From an uncultured Clostridia bacterium (GTDB lineage Bacteria; Bacillota; Clostridia; UBA1381): 32,000 nt of DNA. Position 1 is the first letter of the stretch. Each line of letters begins with the position of its first letter. The stretch spans positions 1,142-33,141 of the forward strand of contig CANQIP010000005.1 in the NCBI GenBank assembly GCA_947623955.1. Reading direction: 5' to 3'. Below the pieces are notes generated by a model, which saw only the letters and a list, made by a program, of their open reading frames with translations, was not told where the DNA came from and did no database searches. Below, one piece after another: positions 18,288 to 26,073 of this stretch. The translations under genes and the position numbers were made by a program.

Positions 18288-18674
18288 ATGACAATGAATA
18301 TATTAGATAAAATAACGCGGATATTGTTTTACCCGTCATGGTTTGGATATATTTTCGGAACTATGTGCATTTTTATATGTTTCGGTATGTATCTGAAATC
18401 TACATGGCATGATACTGCAATAGCACAAAAACGCTTTATTATCATTTCCTTGATATGTTTAGCCATCGGCATTATCAACATTCCTTTAACTGGTATTGTT
18501 AAAGCAAATGCCGATAAAGGTGTAAGCGGTACAGGGGCAAAGATATACGATGAAATAACGGAATATGCTCACAAAATTTACGGCGAAGATTATCCCGATG
18601 CTATTACATCACTGCGTGATGATTTAAAAACTCTCAGCGAAGGCTACAATGAAGGGTATAGTGACAGTTATTGA
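18288..18674 (+). CDS. Small membrane protein (2 TM helices plus an acidic tail), unknown function
   Basis: 128-aa ORF with RBS AAGGTG. It starts 6 nt after the XRE stop and has two clear hydrophobic segments. Confidence 0.55.
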   Translation: MTMNILDKITRILFYPSWFGYIFGTMCIFICFGMYLKSTWHDTAIAQKRFIIISLICLAIGIINIPLTGIVKANADKGVSGTGAKIYDEITEYAHKIYGEDYPDAITSLRDDLKTLSEGYNEGYSDSY

Positions 18675-18706
18675 GAATGACGTGATTATTAGAAGGAGTA
18701 AAGCGT

Positions 18707-19201
18707 ATGTCCGAGCAAGAGTCGTCTACATTTACGATAATTATAGCGGCTGTTATAGCAGTCATATATCTAATATATAGAATGATTAAAGTTTTTATTG
18801 ATAGTCCAAGTAGAAAAAATGTCATATTCTTTACTTTGACGTGCGAATATCTTATTGACTCTATGGAAGTTGATATTGACGACTTAAATCCAAAATGTAA
18901 GACACTCCTGATGCAACAAATAAAGCAACTGATAAAACAAACAAAAAAAGAAATTCAGAAGTGGGATAAATCTGTTAATTATACATATATGGCATATAAA
19001 ACAATATATAACATGGCTTTTGATTTGCTTTCTACTGGCAAATTTAATATGTATGACGGAATATTCTATAGAGAGGGTTCACATTTACATACTGTTTGTA
19101 TAAGATGTCTTGATTGGTATAAAACAAATGGATATATTACTGAATTGCAATATAAGGAGCAGTTGAATATTTTATATGATAATATATTTCATTTAGGATA
19201 A
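18707..19201 (+). CDS. Membrane-anchored protein (N-terminal TM plus ~135-aa helical cytoplasmic domain), unknown function
   Basis: 164-aa ORF with RBS GAAGGAG. The hydrophobic segment is TFTIIIAAVIAVIYLIY. Confidence 0.55.
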   Translation: MSEQESSTFTIIIAAVIAVIYLIYRMIKVFIDSPSRKNVIFFTLTCEYLIDSMEVDIDDLNPKCKTLLMQQIKQLIKQTKKEIQKWDKSVNYTYMAYKTIYNMAFDLLSTGKFNMYDGIFYREGSHLHTVCIRCLDWYKTNGYITELQYKEQLNILYDNIFHLG

Positions 19202-19233
19202 AATTTTAAGATATACAAGAAGGAATAGTTAAA

Positions 19234-19377
19234 ATGAAAAAGATACTGATATTTCTTTTTCTGTATATGATGTGCGGCGCAACTGCTTACGCGCACGCGG
19301 GCAGAACCGACGCATACGGCGGTCACTACGACAACGAAACGGGCGAATATCACTATCACCACGGCTACCCCGCGCAT
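19234..19377 (+). pseudogene. 5' fragment (48 codons) of a YHYH-motif membrane protein gene, cut by the inversion
   Basis: RBS GAAGGAA, a signal peptide, then HAGRTDAYGGHYDNETGEYHYHHGYPAH. Past 19377 the track ORF merely reads antisense through the CHAP gene. Confidence 0.65.
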
Positions 19378-20330
19378 CTTACCTTTGACAGGCCGGTGTC
19401 ATCACTTACCTTACATTCAATCATATATCCGTTATCATCTATTCCTATAATTTCCCCGTAACTGATAACGGGTGGATTCCATTCGTTATAATCAACGCTA
19501 ACGCATGATTGATTATTATTTTTGTCATATGCGTATATATGATTTAAGTACAGAATATTTTTTTCGCTGTTATGTTTAGAGAAATTTATATACAATTTCC
19601 ATATTCCGGGGGAAGTGTTCACCATGTCATTCCATATAAGGTCATCTTGATCGTTATTTAGAGTCCATGTCGCACATTTTACATTTGAAATACCTGAGGA
19701 ATCGGAAACCGAACATTGAAGCATGTATCCGTTTGCATCTACTCCGACAACCTTTGCATCAGATATTGTCGGCGGTGTTGTATCTCCTGAATCCCATTTT
19801 GGTCGGATAACGCCTTGAAAATTTCCCCAACCGCCAAAATACTGCATAGTTTGATACTGTGCCGCGGTTCCGTTATAATTGTTGGCAGCACCGTTTTGAC
19901 CCACGCCTTTCATAATTGACACGGTACAGCCTTCTATCGCTACCGCTACATGACCGTATGAGTTTGAAGAGTTGGCTCCAAAGCATAATATATCTCCGGG
20001 CTGAGGTACGAAATCCGGCGTATTAGAAATTTTTTGCCATCCACTCGGATATGATTTACTGAAATAATCCTTAGCGTCATAAGTCCTAAAACCGCCTCCA
20101 CCGGTGTTTTTCCAGTAGTGCGCATCGCCGTATACTATATAATTCATATATGCCGACACAAAGTCAGTACATTGACCGCCAAAACCCGAATCCTTGTACA
20201 TAACTCCATTGTTAGCTTGTGTTTTTGCCCAATTTACAGCTTGATCACGCGTCATTGCTCCAGCGGAAACGGTGTATAAAGCTATAACGGCAAAAATCAC
20301 TCCCACAATACACAAAAATTTTCTCTTCAT
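19365..20330 (-). CDS. Secreted CHAP-domain peptidoglycan hydrolase with Bsp-like repeats, 3'-truncated by the inversion
   Basis: It has a signal peptide and CHAP Cys/His motifs (GGQCTDFV, YGHVAV). One complete Bsp-like repeat is present (CATWTLNNDQDDLIW...HIYAYD). A second repeat breaks off at ...SKVRCA, followed by an out-of-context G and a stop. Confidence 0.8.
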   Translation of the reverse strand: MKRKFLCIVGVIFAVIALYTVSAGAMTRDQAVNWAKTQANNGVMYKDSGFGGQCTDFVSAYMNYIVYGDAHYWKNTGGGGFRTYDAKDYFSKSYPSGWQKISNTPDFVPQPGDILCFGANSSNSYGHVAVAIEGCTVSIMKGVGQNGAANNYNGTAAQYQTMQYFGGWGNFQGVIRPKWDSGDTTPPTISDAKVVGVDANGYMLQCSVSDSSGISNVKCATWTLNNDQDDLIWNDMVNTSPGIWKLYINFSKHNSEKNILYLNHIYAYDKNNNQSCVSVDYNEWNPPVISYGEIIGIDDNGYMIECKVSDDTGLSKVRCAG

Positions 20331-20625
20331 TTTAATTCCTCCTACAAATAAATTTTCGCATCAAAAATGCGTGGCACAAATCCGCACCACGCACAAAAAC
20401 GCGGCTTGGATAAATGTTACCACACATTTTTTATTATATATAGAATACTGTAAACTGCATCTCAAACACTATAACTGTTCTGCATATAAGCTGTTCTACA
20501 TACAAGACCGCGCTTTTTGCAAAGTATGGTTATAGTGTTTGTACATAAAAAACATAATATTCCTTTAACAAAGAATATCATAATTTTTTATATTAAAAAA
20601 ACAGTATTATATATGATTATATAAT

Positions 20626-20664
20626 AAAAAATGTTGTGGTATATATACTATACCACATTTTTTG
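20626..20664. terminator. Hairpin terminator downstream of sigK
   Basis: Hairpin tgtggtata-tatac-tataccaca with flanking A- and T-runs. Confidence 0.65.
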
Positions 20665-20698
20665 CTTATTTTCAATAGGAATATTTATTTTTCTGCTT

Positions 20699-21388
20699 TT
20701 ACAGTGTCCCTTTAAGCTCCGCCGCGAGCTTTTCAAGGCAGCGTTTTTCGATACGGCTCACGTAGCTGCGGCTTATACCGAGAATATCCGCGACCTCGCG
20801 CTGTGTCTTGCGCTTGCCGCCGCCGAGACCGTAACGCCAGCAGATTATATTCGTTTCGTTTACGGTGAGCGTTTTCTTTATCGCGGCACGGAGCTTCTGC
20901 GCCTCTATTTTATCCGAAATAATCTCGGAAACGTCCGTGTCGTCGGCTGTGAGTATATCGGAAAGCGTCATATTGTTGCCTTCCTTGTCCGAACCGACGC
21001 TTTCCTCGATTGACACCTCGTTCTGCAGTTTCTTAGCCTTGCGCATGTACATAAGCACTTCATTTTCTATGCACCGCGATATGTATGTTGAAAGACGGCT
21101 GTTTTTGCGCGGGTTAAAGGTGTTAATACCCTTTATAAGCCCTATTGTGCCGATTGAAATCAAATCCTCTGTATTTTTATCGTCGGCGTACTTTTTCGCG
21201 ATGTGCGCCACAAGGCGCAGATTGCGCTCTATAAGAATATTTTTCGCGCTTTCGCTGCCCTCGGCGTACTCGACAAGGTATTTTTTCTCTTCCTCAGCAG
21301 TCAGCGGTTTCGGGAAAGCGGCGCTCCCGCTTACATACCCCGCGAGTATAAGTACCGTCTGTATCCATTCAAAAAAAATCCCCAACAT
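20699..21388 (-). CDS. sigK: Sporulation sigma factor SigK (pro-sigma-K), uninterrupted
   Basis: YVSGSAAFPKPLTAEEEKKYL, NLRLVAHIAKKY, GTIGLIKGI, DKEGN and GISRSYVSRIEKRCL match SigK rather than SigE as I recall them. I chose the start at 21388 (MLGIFFEW..., RBS AAGGGGG), which leaves a short pro-sequence. Confidence 0.88.
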   Translation of the reverse strand: MLGIFFEWIQTVLILAGYVSGSAAFPKPLTAEEEKKYLVEYAEGSESAKNILIERNLRLVAHIAKKYADDKNTEDLISIGTIGLIKGINTFNPRKNSRLSTYISRCIENEVLMYMRKAKKLQNEVSIEESVGSDKEGNNMTLSDILTADDTDVSEIISDKIEAQKLRAAIKKTLTVNETNIICWRYGLGGGKRKTQREVADILGISRSYVSRIEKRCLEKLAAELKGTL

Positions 21389-21609
21389 CTGTCCGCACCC
21401 CCTTAAAACATAATATGCGCGGTACAAACTTTGTTTTAACATCGTCGCTGTCCTTATTTTGTTTATATTTTTGAATATTGGGAAAGATTATACGGTAAGT
21501 CATATTTTGTCTTTTTATTGTAACACACATATAAAGGGGCTGATATTGATTTGAAACGGATAAACCTATATAATTAAAGCGTGTATAGGAGGAAACGGAG
21601 GTCGGATAT

Positions 21610-22935
21610 ATGTTATGTAATAAATGCGGTTCACAGATACCCGATGATGCTACAGAGTGCGAATTTTGCGGAGCAAAGGTGGACGCTTCCGCCAACAACA
21701 GCGATACAAAGGTACTGAATACAGATGAACTGGCTGCCGCCGCGGCAGGTGTCGGCACTGGAGCTGCCGTCAATAACGGCGGTGATATTTTTGACGATAA
21801 CGAAAAGAAACGCCGCGAACAAATGGAAAAAATGATGGAGGACAAGAAAAAGCAGCTTTCCGAAATCGAGAAAAGGCGCAATGAAAAACGTAAAAAACAG
21901 AAGAGAAAAAAGATAGCGATAATCGCCCTTATCTGCGCGGCAGCCGCAGGTGCGACCGGTCTCGGAGCGCATTATGTAATCAAGGGTGTGATCGGCAATA
22001 CGGTGACAACGGAGCAGACATTGCCTGTATCTTCTCCGACTCCGTCGGCGAGCCCGTCACCGTCGGCAAGCCCGTCAGCCTCGCCTTCGGTAAGTCCGTC
22101 GCCGTCACCGTCGGCTGCACCGACCGCAAGCGTTTCACCGTCGGGTGTGTCGGCGTCGGGTACGCAGAACGGTAACGGCTCGACCACGCAGTCATGGACG
22201 AGCGTGTCTTCGGGCGCATCGTCTCCGCGTTCAGGTTCGTCCTCGGGTACAACCGGCGGCAGACAGGGGGGCAGCGGTTCATCAACAGGTCAGTCGTCGT
22301 CGGGAACAACGGCATCCTCGGGCGGCTCTGGCAGCAGCGCGTCATCTTCATCGTCCTCTGCGTGGGGCGGAGGTTCATCGTCGCAAGGCTCGTCGTCACA
22401 AACCGCGTATGCGAACGCTGCCGACAGCGGTATTGTGTCGGATAAAATTTCGGCAAAGCTCGTCACAGGCGGCGAGGTTATACGCGACAGCGCGACAGGT
22501 AAGCCGTTAATGACGTTTGTAATGGGCGGCACCCGGTATTACGCGAACGTGTCCGAGGGCAGCACAACCGATCAGGTTAAGGGCAAAACCTTTACCATAG
22601 ACGCGGACGCGACGGGAGAAAGCTATAACGGCAACACCATTTACGAAATTTCAAGCATGACGAAGTACGATGGCGACTACATTCTGCCGAATTCAGGTAC
22701 AAGACTTCTGACGCAGAGCGATATAAGCGGATTGTCAAAATACGACCTTGCGCTTGCCCGAAATGAAATTTATGCGCGTCACGGACGCAAATTCCAGACT
22801 GCGGAGTACAGCAATTATTTCTCGGCAAAGTCGTGGTACCACATAAACCCGAATTATAATTACAGCGACGACGACGGCAACTTAAACGACATAGAGCGTA
22901 AAAACGTTATGCTGATACTTAACGCGGAAAAATAA
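21610..22935 (+). CDS. Zinc-ribbon / TM / Ser-Pro-Gly-rich / YARHG-domain protein
   Basis: The N-terminus carries CNKCGSQIP...CEFCG. A K-rich segment and TM helix follow, then a long low-complexity linker. The C-terminus carries LARNEIYARHGRKF (YARHG motif). Confidence 0.8.
   Translation: MLCNKCGSQIPDDATECEFCGAKVDASANNSDTKVLNTDELAAAAAGVGTGAAVNNGGDIFDDNEKKRREQMEKMMEDKKKQLSEIEKRRNEKRKKQKRKKIAIIALICAAAAGATGLGAHYVIKGVIGNTVTTEQTLPVSSPTPSASPSPSASPSASPSVSPSPSPSAAPTASVSPSGVSASGTQNGNGSTTQSWTSVSSGASSPRSGSSSGTTGGRQGGSGSSTGQSSSGTTASSGGSGSSASSSSSSAWGGGSSSQGSSSQTAYANAADSGIVSDKISAKLVTGGEVIRDSATGKPLMTFVMGGTRYYANVSEGSTTDQVKGKTFTIDADATGESYNGNTIYEISSMTKYDGDYILPNSGTRLLTQSDISGLSKYDLALARNEIYARHGRKFQTAEYSNYFSAKSWYHINPNYNYSDDDGNLNDIERKNVMLILNAEK
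22027..22396 (+). repeat. Low-complexity Ser/Pro/Gly-coding tract inside the YARHG gene
   Basis: Degenerate SPSPSA-type and SSGS-type repeats. They generate spurious ORFs in the other frames. Confidence 0.7.
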
Positions 22936-22969
22936 AATTGCACACATAGGATAAAAGGGATATAAAAAG

Positions 22970-23002
22970 ACGGGGACACTAAAGCAATTTTAGTGTCCCC
23001 GT
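22970..23002. terminator. Bidirectional terminator between the YARHG gene and metA
   Basis: 14-bp stem acggggacactaaa / tttagtgtccccgt. Confidence 0.75.
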
Positions 23003-23008
23003 TACGTT

Positions 23009-23926
23009 TTAGTTGATGCTGTCTATATCATACGGAGTAATCTGATATACGAAGTAGTTGAGCCAGTTTGAAAACAGGAGATACGCGTGAGAGCGCCACC
23101 TCGCCGCCGGACGCCTTGTCGGGTCGTCGTTGGGGAAGTAGTGCTTGGGTATCTGCGGATTTAAGCCCTTTTCGAGGTCGCGGAAGTATTCGTCGCGCAG
23201 CGTGTTCGCGTCGTACTCGCTGTGACCCGTCACAAAAATGCGTCTGCCGCCCTTTGTGAATACAATGTACACGCCCGCCTCCTTTGACTCGGCAAGCACT
23301 TCAAGTTCCTTTACCTTGTCTATATCCTCTCTTAAAACGCATGAGTGGCGCGAATGGGGAGCGTAAAATTCGCTGTCGAACCCGCGCACAAGCTTAGCCG
23401 TCCTGCGCGTCACGCGGTGGCGGAACACACCGGAGCATTTTTCTTTGAGCGCGTGTTTCGGCACGCCGTAATGGTAGTACATACCCGCGAACGCCGCCCA
23501 GCAGATGTGGAGCGTGGAGGTGACGTTCGTCTTTGACCACTCCATTATTTCTACAAGTTCATCCCAGTAATCGACTTCTTCAAACTCCAAATTCTCGACC
23601 GGCGCGCCGGTTATGATCATGCCGTCGTATTTCGACTTTTTTATCTCGTCGAACGTCTTGTAGAACGCCGCCAGATGCTCGGCGGACGTATTTTTCGATT
23701 CGTGCGAGTCCATTTGCAGAAAATCAATCTCCACCTGCAGCGGCGAGTTGGACAAAAGCCTTAAAAGCTGCGTTTCGGTCGTTATTTTGGTAGGCATCAG
23801 ATTTACTATTACTATTTTAAGAGGACGTATATCCTGGTGCATAGCCTTTTTTTCACTCATTACAAATATATTCTCCCTGCGCAGCTGGCTTGTCGCAGGC
23901 AACTTGTCCGGAATTTTGATAGGCAT
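23009..23926 (-). CDS. metA: Homoserine O-acyltransferase MetA
   Basis: [23 protein letters not shown]...[14 protein letters not shown] is canonical MetA. I chose the start at 23926 (305 aa) rather than the track's 23986. Confidence 0.9.
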   Translation of the reverse strand: MPIKIPDKLPATSQLRRENIFVMSEKKAMHQDIRPLKIVIVNLMPTKITTETQLLRLLSNSPLQVEIDFLQMDSHESKNTSAEHLAAFYKTFDEIKKSKYDGMIITGAPVENLEFEEVDYWDELVEIMEWSKTNVTSTLHICWAAFAGMYYHYGVPKHALKEKCSGVFRHRVTRRTAKLVRGFDSEFYAPHSRHSCVLREDIDKVKELEVLAESKEAGVYIVFTKGGRRIFVTGHSEYDANTLRDEYFRDLEKGLNPQIPKHYFPNDDPTRRPAARWRSHAYLLFSNWLNYFVYQITPYDIDSIN

Positions 23927-23986
23927 ATACACTCTCTCCCTTCGTGATTTAATCCGTCTATATGAGTATAACACAAAAATCCGCAT

Positions 23987-24015
23987 TTGACAATATTAAA
24001 ATGATATGGTAGAAT
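23987..24015 (+). promoter_or_regulatory. tRNA-Arg promoter, sharing a palindromic -35 with the divergent metA promoter
   Basis: On the plus strand: TTGACA (23987-23992), 17 nt, TAGAAT (24010-24015). On the minus strand: TTGTCA (23993-23988), 17 nt, TATACT upstream of metA. Confidence 0.5.
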
Positions 24016-24025
24016 AATCGGGTAC

Positions 24026-24102
24026 GCACCCGTAGCTCAGTCGGATAGAGCGCAAGACTCCGACTCTTGAGGCCGCAGGTTCGAATCCCGTCGGGTGCGC
24101 CA
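24026..24102 (+). tRNA. tRNA-Arg: tRNA-Arg (anticodon CCG), CCA encoded
   Basis: The cloverleaf was folded by hand. Acceptor stem GCACCCG/CGGGTGC, D-arm GCTC..GAGC, anticodon stem CAAGA/TCTTG with loop CTCCGAC, and T-loop TTCGAAT. There is one A:C mismatch in the T-stem. Confidence 0.88.
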
Positions 24103-24107
24103 GAATA

Positions 24108-24140
24108 GAAACAGACCGCATAGGTATGCGGTCTGTTTTT
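24108..24140 (+). terminator. tRNA-Arg terminator hairpin; inferred integration target of the element
   Basis: Hairpin gaaacagaccgca-taggta-tgcggtctgttttt. Its 3' arm is repeated (as the reverse complement) at 13921-13934. Confidence 0.75.
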
Positions 24141-24144
24141 CTGT

Positions 24145-24166
24145 ATCCCCGAATTATCCCCGAATT
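24145..24166. repeat. Tandem 11-nt repeat ATCCCCGAATT x2 between the att repeat and the integrase stop codon
   Basis: Perfect tandem duplication. Its position is typical for arm-type integrase binding sites. Confidence 0.5.
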
Positions 24167-24177
24167 TTACCGGAAAT

Positions 24178-25338
24178 TTATATTTTTGCTCTAATTTTGT
24201 TCAGTACAGTGAGCGCACGTTCTTCCTCTTTTGGATATAAATGCGAGTAAGTGTTCCAGGTCATTTTAATATCGCTGTGACCGAGACGGCGAGCGATTTC
24301 CTGAATATTGATACCGTTATTAGCGAGAAGGGATGCGTGGCTATGTCTAAAATCGTGTATACGGATTTTCTTCAATCCTGCCGCAGACGCGTATTTTTGG
24401 TTACGGTTTTCGATCGTGCTGTCACGTAGGCATTTGACGCCGCCGCATATCCGCCAGTCGTCCGAAAATCCGTCAAGCATTTTCAGCCGATTATAATGTT
24501 CGGTCAAAACGTCTTTCAGCGGCAAAGGTATTTGTATATCACGCACGGAGCTTTTATTTTTCGGCGGCGTTTCGCGGTCGCCGCCCTTTAGCTTTTGCGC
24601 GATACTGCGAGTTACGTGGATTGTGTTATCCGATATATCCGTCCATTTCAGCGCGTTTATTTCGCCCTTTCTCATGCCGGTGTAGAAAGCGATATTGAAA
24701 AACACATAGAAATTCCACTCGTAAAGGCTGCCGAATGTCTGTTCCGACTGCTCGGCTTGTTCACGCGCGGCGGCAATAAATTTTAAAAATTCGTCCGCCG
24801 TGTAAAAATCCATATCGTTTTTTATTATATTCGCGTCTTTGAAATTGCCGAGCTTTGTCAGCGGGTTTTTGTCGATGTACTCCATTTTTACGGCATAGTT
24901 CAACACGGCGCGAAAAACAGAATATATTTTATGCTTATACTCCAGCGAAAGAGAGTTTTTTGTTGACGTCATGTATTCGTCTATGTGCGTTTTCCAACGC
25001 TGAAACTGCGGCACTGTCAGCTTGCCGAGCCGCGCCGAACCAAAAAAGGGGATAATATAGCTTTTAATGATTTTGCTGTTTCGGTCAAGGGTGCTTTCAC
25101 GGACTTCGTTTCTTTTAACCCGAATATACTCATTACATAGGTCTGTTACCGTAATCTTCATTGAGATGTCCTCGTTATTAAGATCGCGCACGAGGCGGCT
25201 TTCAAGTTCTTTTGCCGCATCCTTGCCGTAAGCGACACGCTCAATCTGCTTATATGCGCCGAAACTGTCAACGTAGTTTACGCGCACACGGTATTTCTGC
25301 AAGCCGTTTTTTTTATCGCCTGTTTTATAAATCGGCAT
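24178..25338 (-). CDS. int: Tyrosine site-specific integrase (phage-integrase family, with an N-terminal arm-binding-type domain)
   Basis: The C-terminal catalytic pattern is HDFRHSHASLL...RLGHSDIKMTWNTYSHL. The N-terminus reads KYRVRVNYVDSFGAYKQ. Adjacent to the 3' side of the tRNA gene. Confidence 0.9.
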   Translation of the reverse strand: MPIYKTGDKKNGLQKYRVRVNYVDSFGAYKQIERVAYGKDAAKELESRLVRDLNNEDISMKITVTDLCNEYIRVKRNEVRESTLDRNSKIIKSYIIPFFGSARLGKLTVPQFQRWKTHIDEYMTSTKNSLSLEYKHKIYSVFRAVLNYAVKMEYIDKNPLTKLGNFKDANIIKNDMDFYTADEFLKFIAAAREQAEQSEQTFGSLYEWNFYVFFNIAFYTGMRKGEINALKWTDISDNTIHVTRSIAQKLKGGDRETPPKNKSSVRDIQIPLPLKDVLTEHYNRLKMLDGFSDDWRICGGVKCLRDSTIENRNQKYASAAGLKKIRIHDFRHSHASLLANNGINIQEIARRLGHSDIKMTWNTYSHLYPKEEERALTVLNKIRAKI

Positions 25339-25353
25339 AAAAATAACACTCCC

Positions 25354-26073
25354 TTATTTATTTTTCTTATCCCACTCAGCATATTCGGAGTTTGGGAACA
25401 TCTCAACAAACCAATCATCTATGCCCTCAACCGGATTACAGTGGGGACAGGCGGTGTAGCCTTGCAGAACAGCATCATATCTATGTAAGGTCGCCCGTAC
25501 TTTGCCTTTGCCGTGCAGGGCCTTGCAGGAAAGAGTATGGTAACAGTGTCCATGTTGAGTGACATATACATTATATTCCATTCCCCAGCCGTATTCACGG
25601 TGATATTTGTACGGAAGTCCGTCGTCCCCTATAGCATAGCCGTCGGGACATTTCGGCGGAGTGTTGCCATGTTTTTTTAGTTCCTCGATTTCTTGTATAT
25701 GCTGCTCATTCAAATTGTTGATTTCGCTTTTATGCTTCTGTTTCAACGTGTCGATTTCTGCGATATGCTCTTTTTCGATACCTTTTATATTTCTTCTGTG
25801 CACAACCGACAAGCCTATAATGCCCGCGATACTGATTACCGGCACGACAGGGAATGACGATGTTTTCGCAGCCGCGTTATTGTTGTGCTGCGCGGCGGTA
25901 AGCGGCGCAGTAGTAGGCGGCGTTTTCTGTACGGACGCTATCGGCGGCGATAACGGATCGGGCGTTTCAAGGTGCAGTTCCGGCTTTGGCGTTGCGGTTG
26001 ACGTGGAAGAATTACCCGACGTGTGAACTGTTTTGTCTTTAAAGTCATACGGGCATACGCCGTCTATGTGTTC
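25354..26073 (-). pseudogene. 3' fragment (239 codons) of the YHYH-motif membrane protein gene
   Basis: The frame is open from 26073 with no start codon before the GTG at 25845. The sequence runs EHIDGVCPYDF..., a P/T-rich linker, a TM helix, a coiled coil, then a Cys/His module (GHCYHTLSC...ACPHCNP). It continues in frame from 19377 once the segment is flipped. Confidence 0.65.

Larger units (their letters stand above)
13935..19377. mobile_element. Integrative element, part 1 (polyvalent-type gene, HTH, small ORFs, XRE operon, 5' part of the YHYH gene)
   Basis: Bounded by the 14-nt repeat and by the inversion breakpoint. AT-richer than the flanks and mobile-element-like in gene content. Confidence 0.6.
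24141..26073. mobile_element. Integrative element, part 2 (integrase and the 3' part of the YHYH gene), now inverted relative to part 1
   Basis: It lies between the tRNA-terminator repeat and the second inversion breakpoint. Confidence 0.6.

Noticed and set aside
19234-19461. 75-aa ORF as a complete small secreted protein
   Set aside because: Only the first 48 codons are YHYH-like. The last 27 codons are antisense of the CHAP gene beyond the inversion breakpoint.
20331-20540. Cyclic-di-AMP (ydaO-type) riboswitch upstream of the cell-wall hydrolase gene
   Set aside because: I looked for it because such hydrolase genes often carry it. I could not find the characteristic ACGGGGA/CCGA-type conserved segments or the pseudo-symmetric fold.
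21369-22532. Several ORFs (21369-21881 -, 21980-22456 -, 22145-22510 +, 22290-22532 -) around the YARHG gene
   Set aside because: These are products of alternative frames through the Ser/Pro/Gly low-complexity tract or of antisense reading. No independent signals support them.
23927-24025. SAM riboswitch or Met T-box upstream of metA
   Set aside because: Only about 45 nt lie between the predicted -10 and the start codon, which is far too short for either element.
24026-24102. tRNA-Arg as a pseudo-tRNA because of an A:C mismatch in the T-stem (positions 51:63)
   Set aside because: All other stems, the conserved D- and T-loop nucleotides, the CCA end, the promoter and the terminator are canonical. 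A single mismatch does not justify a pseudogene call.
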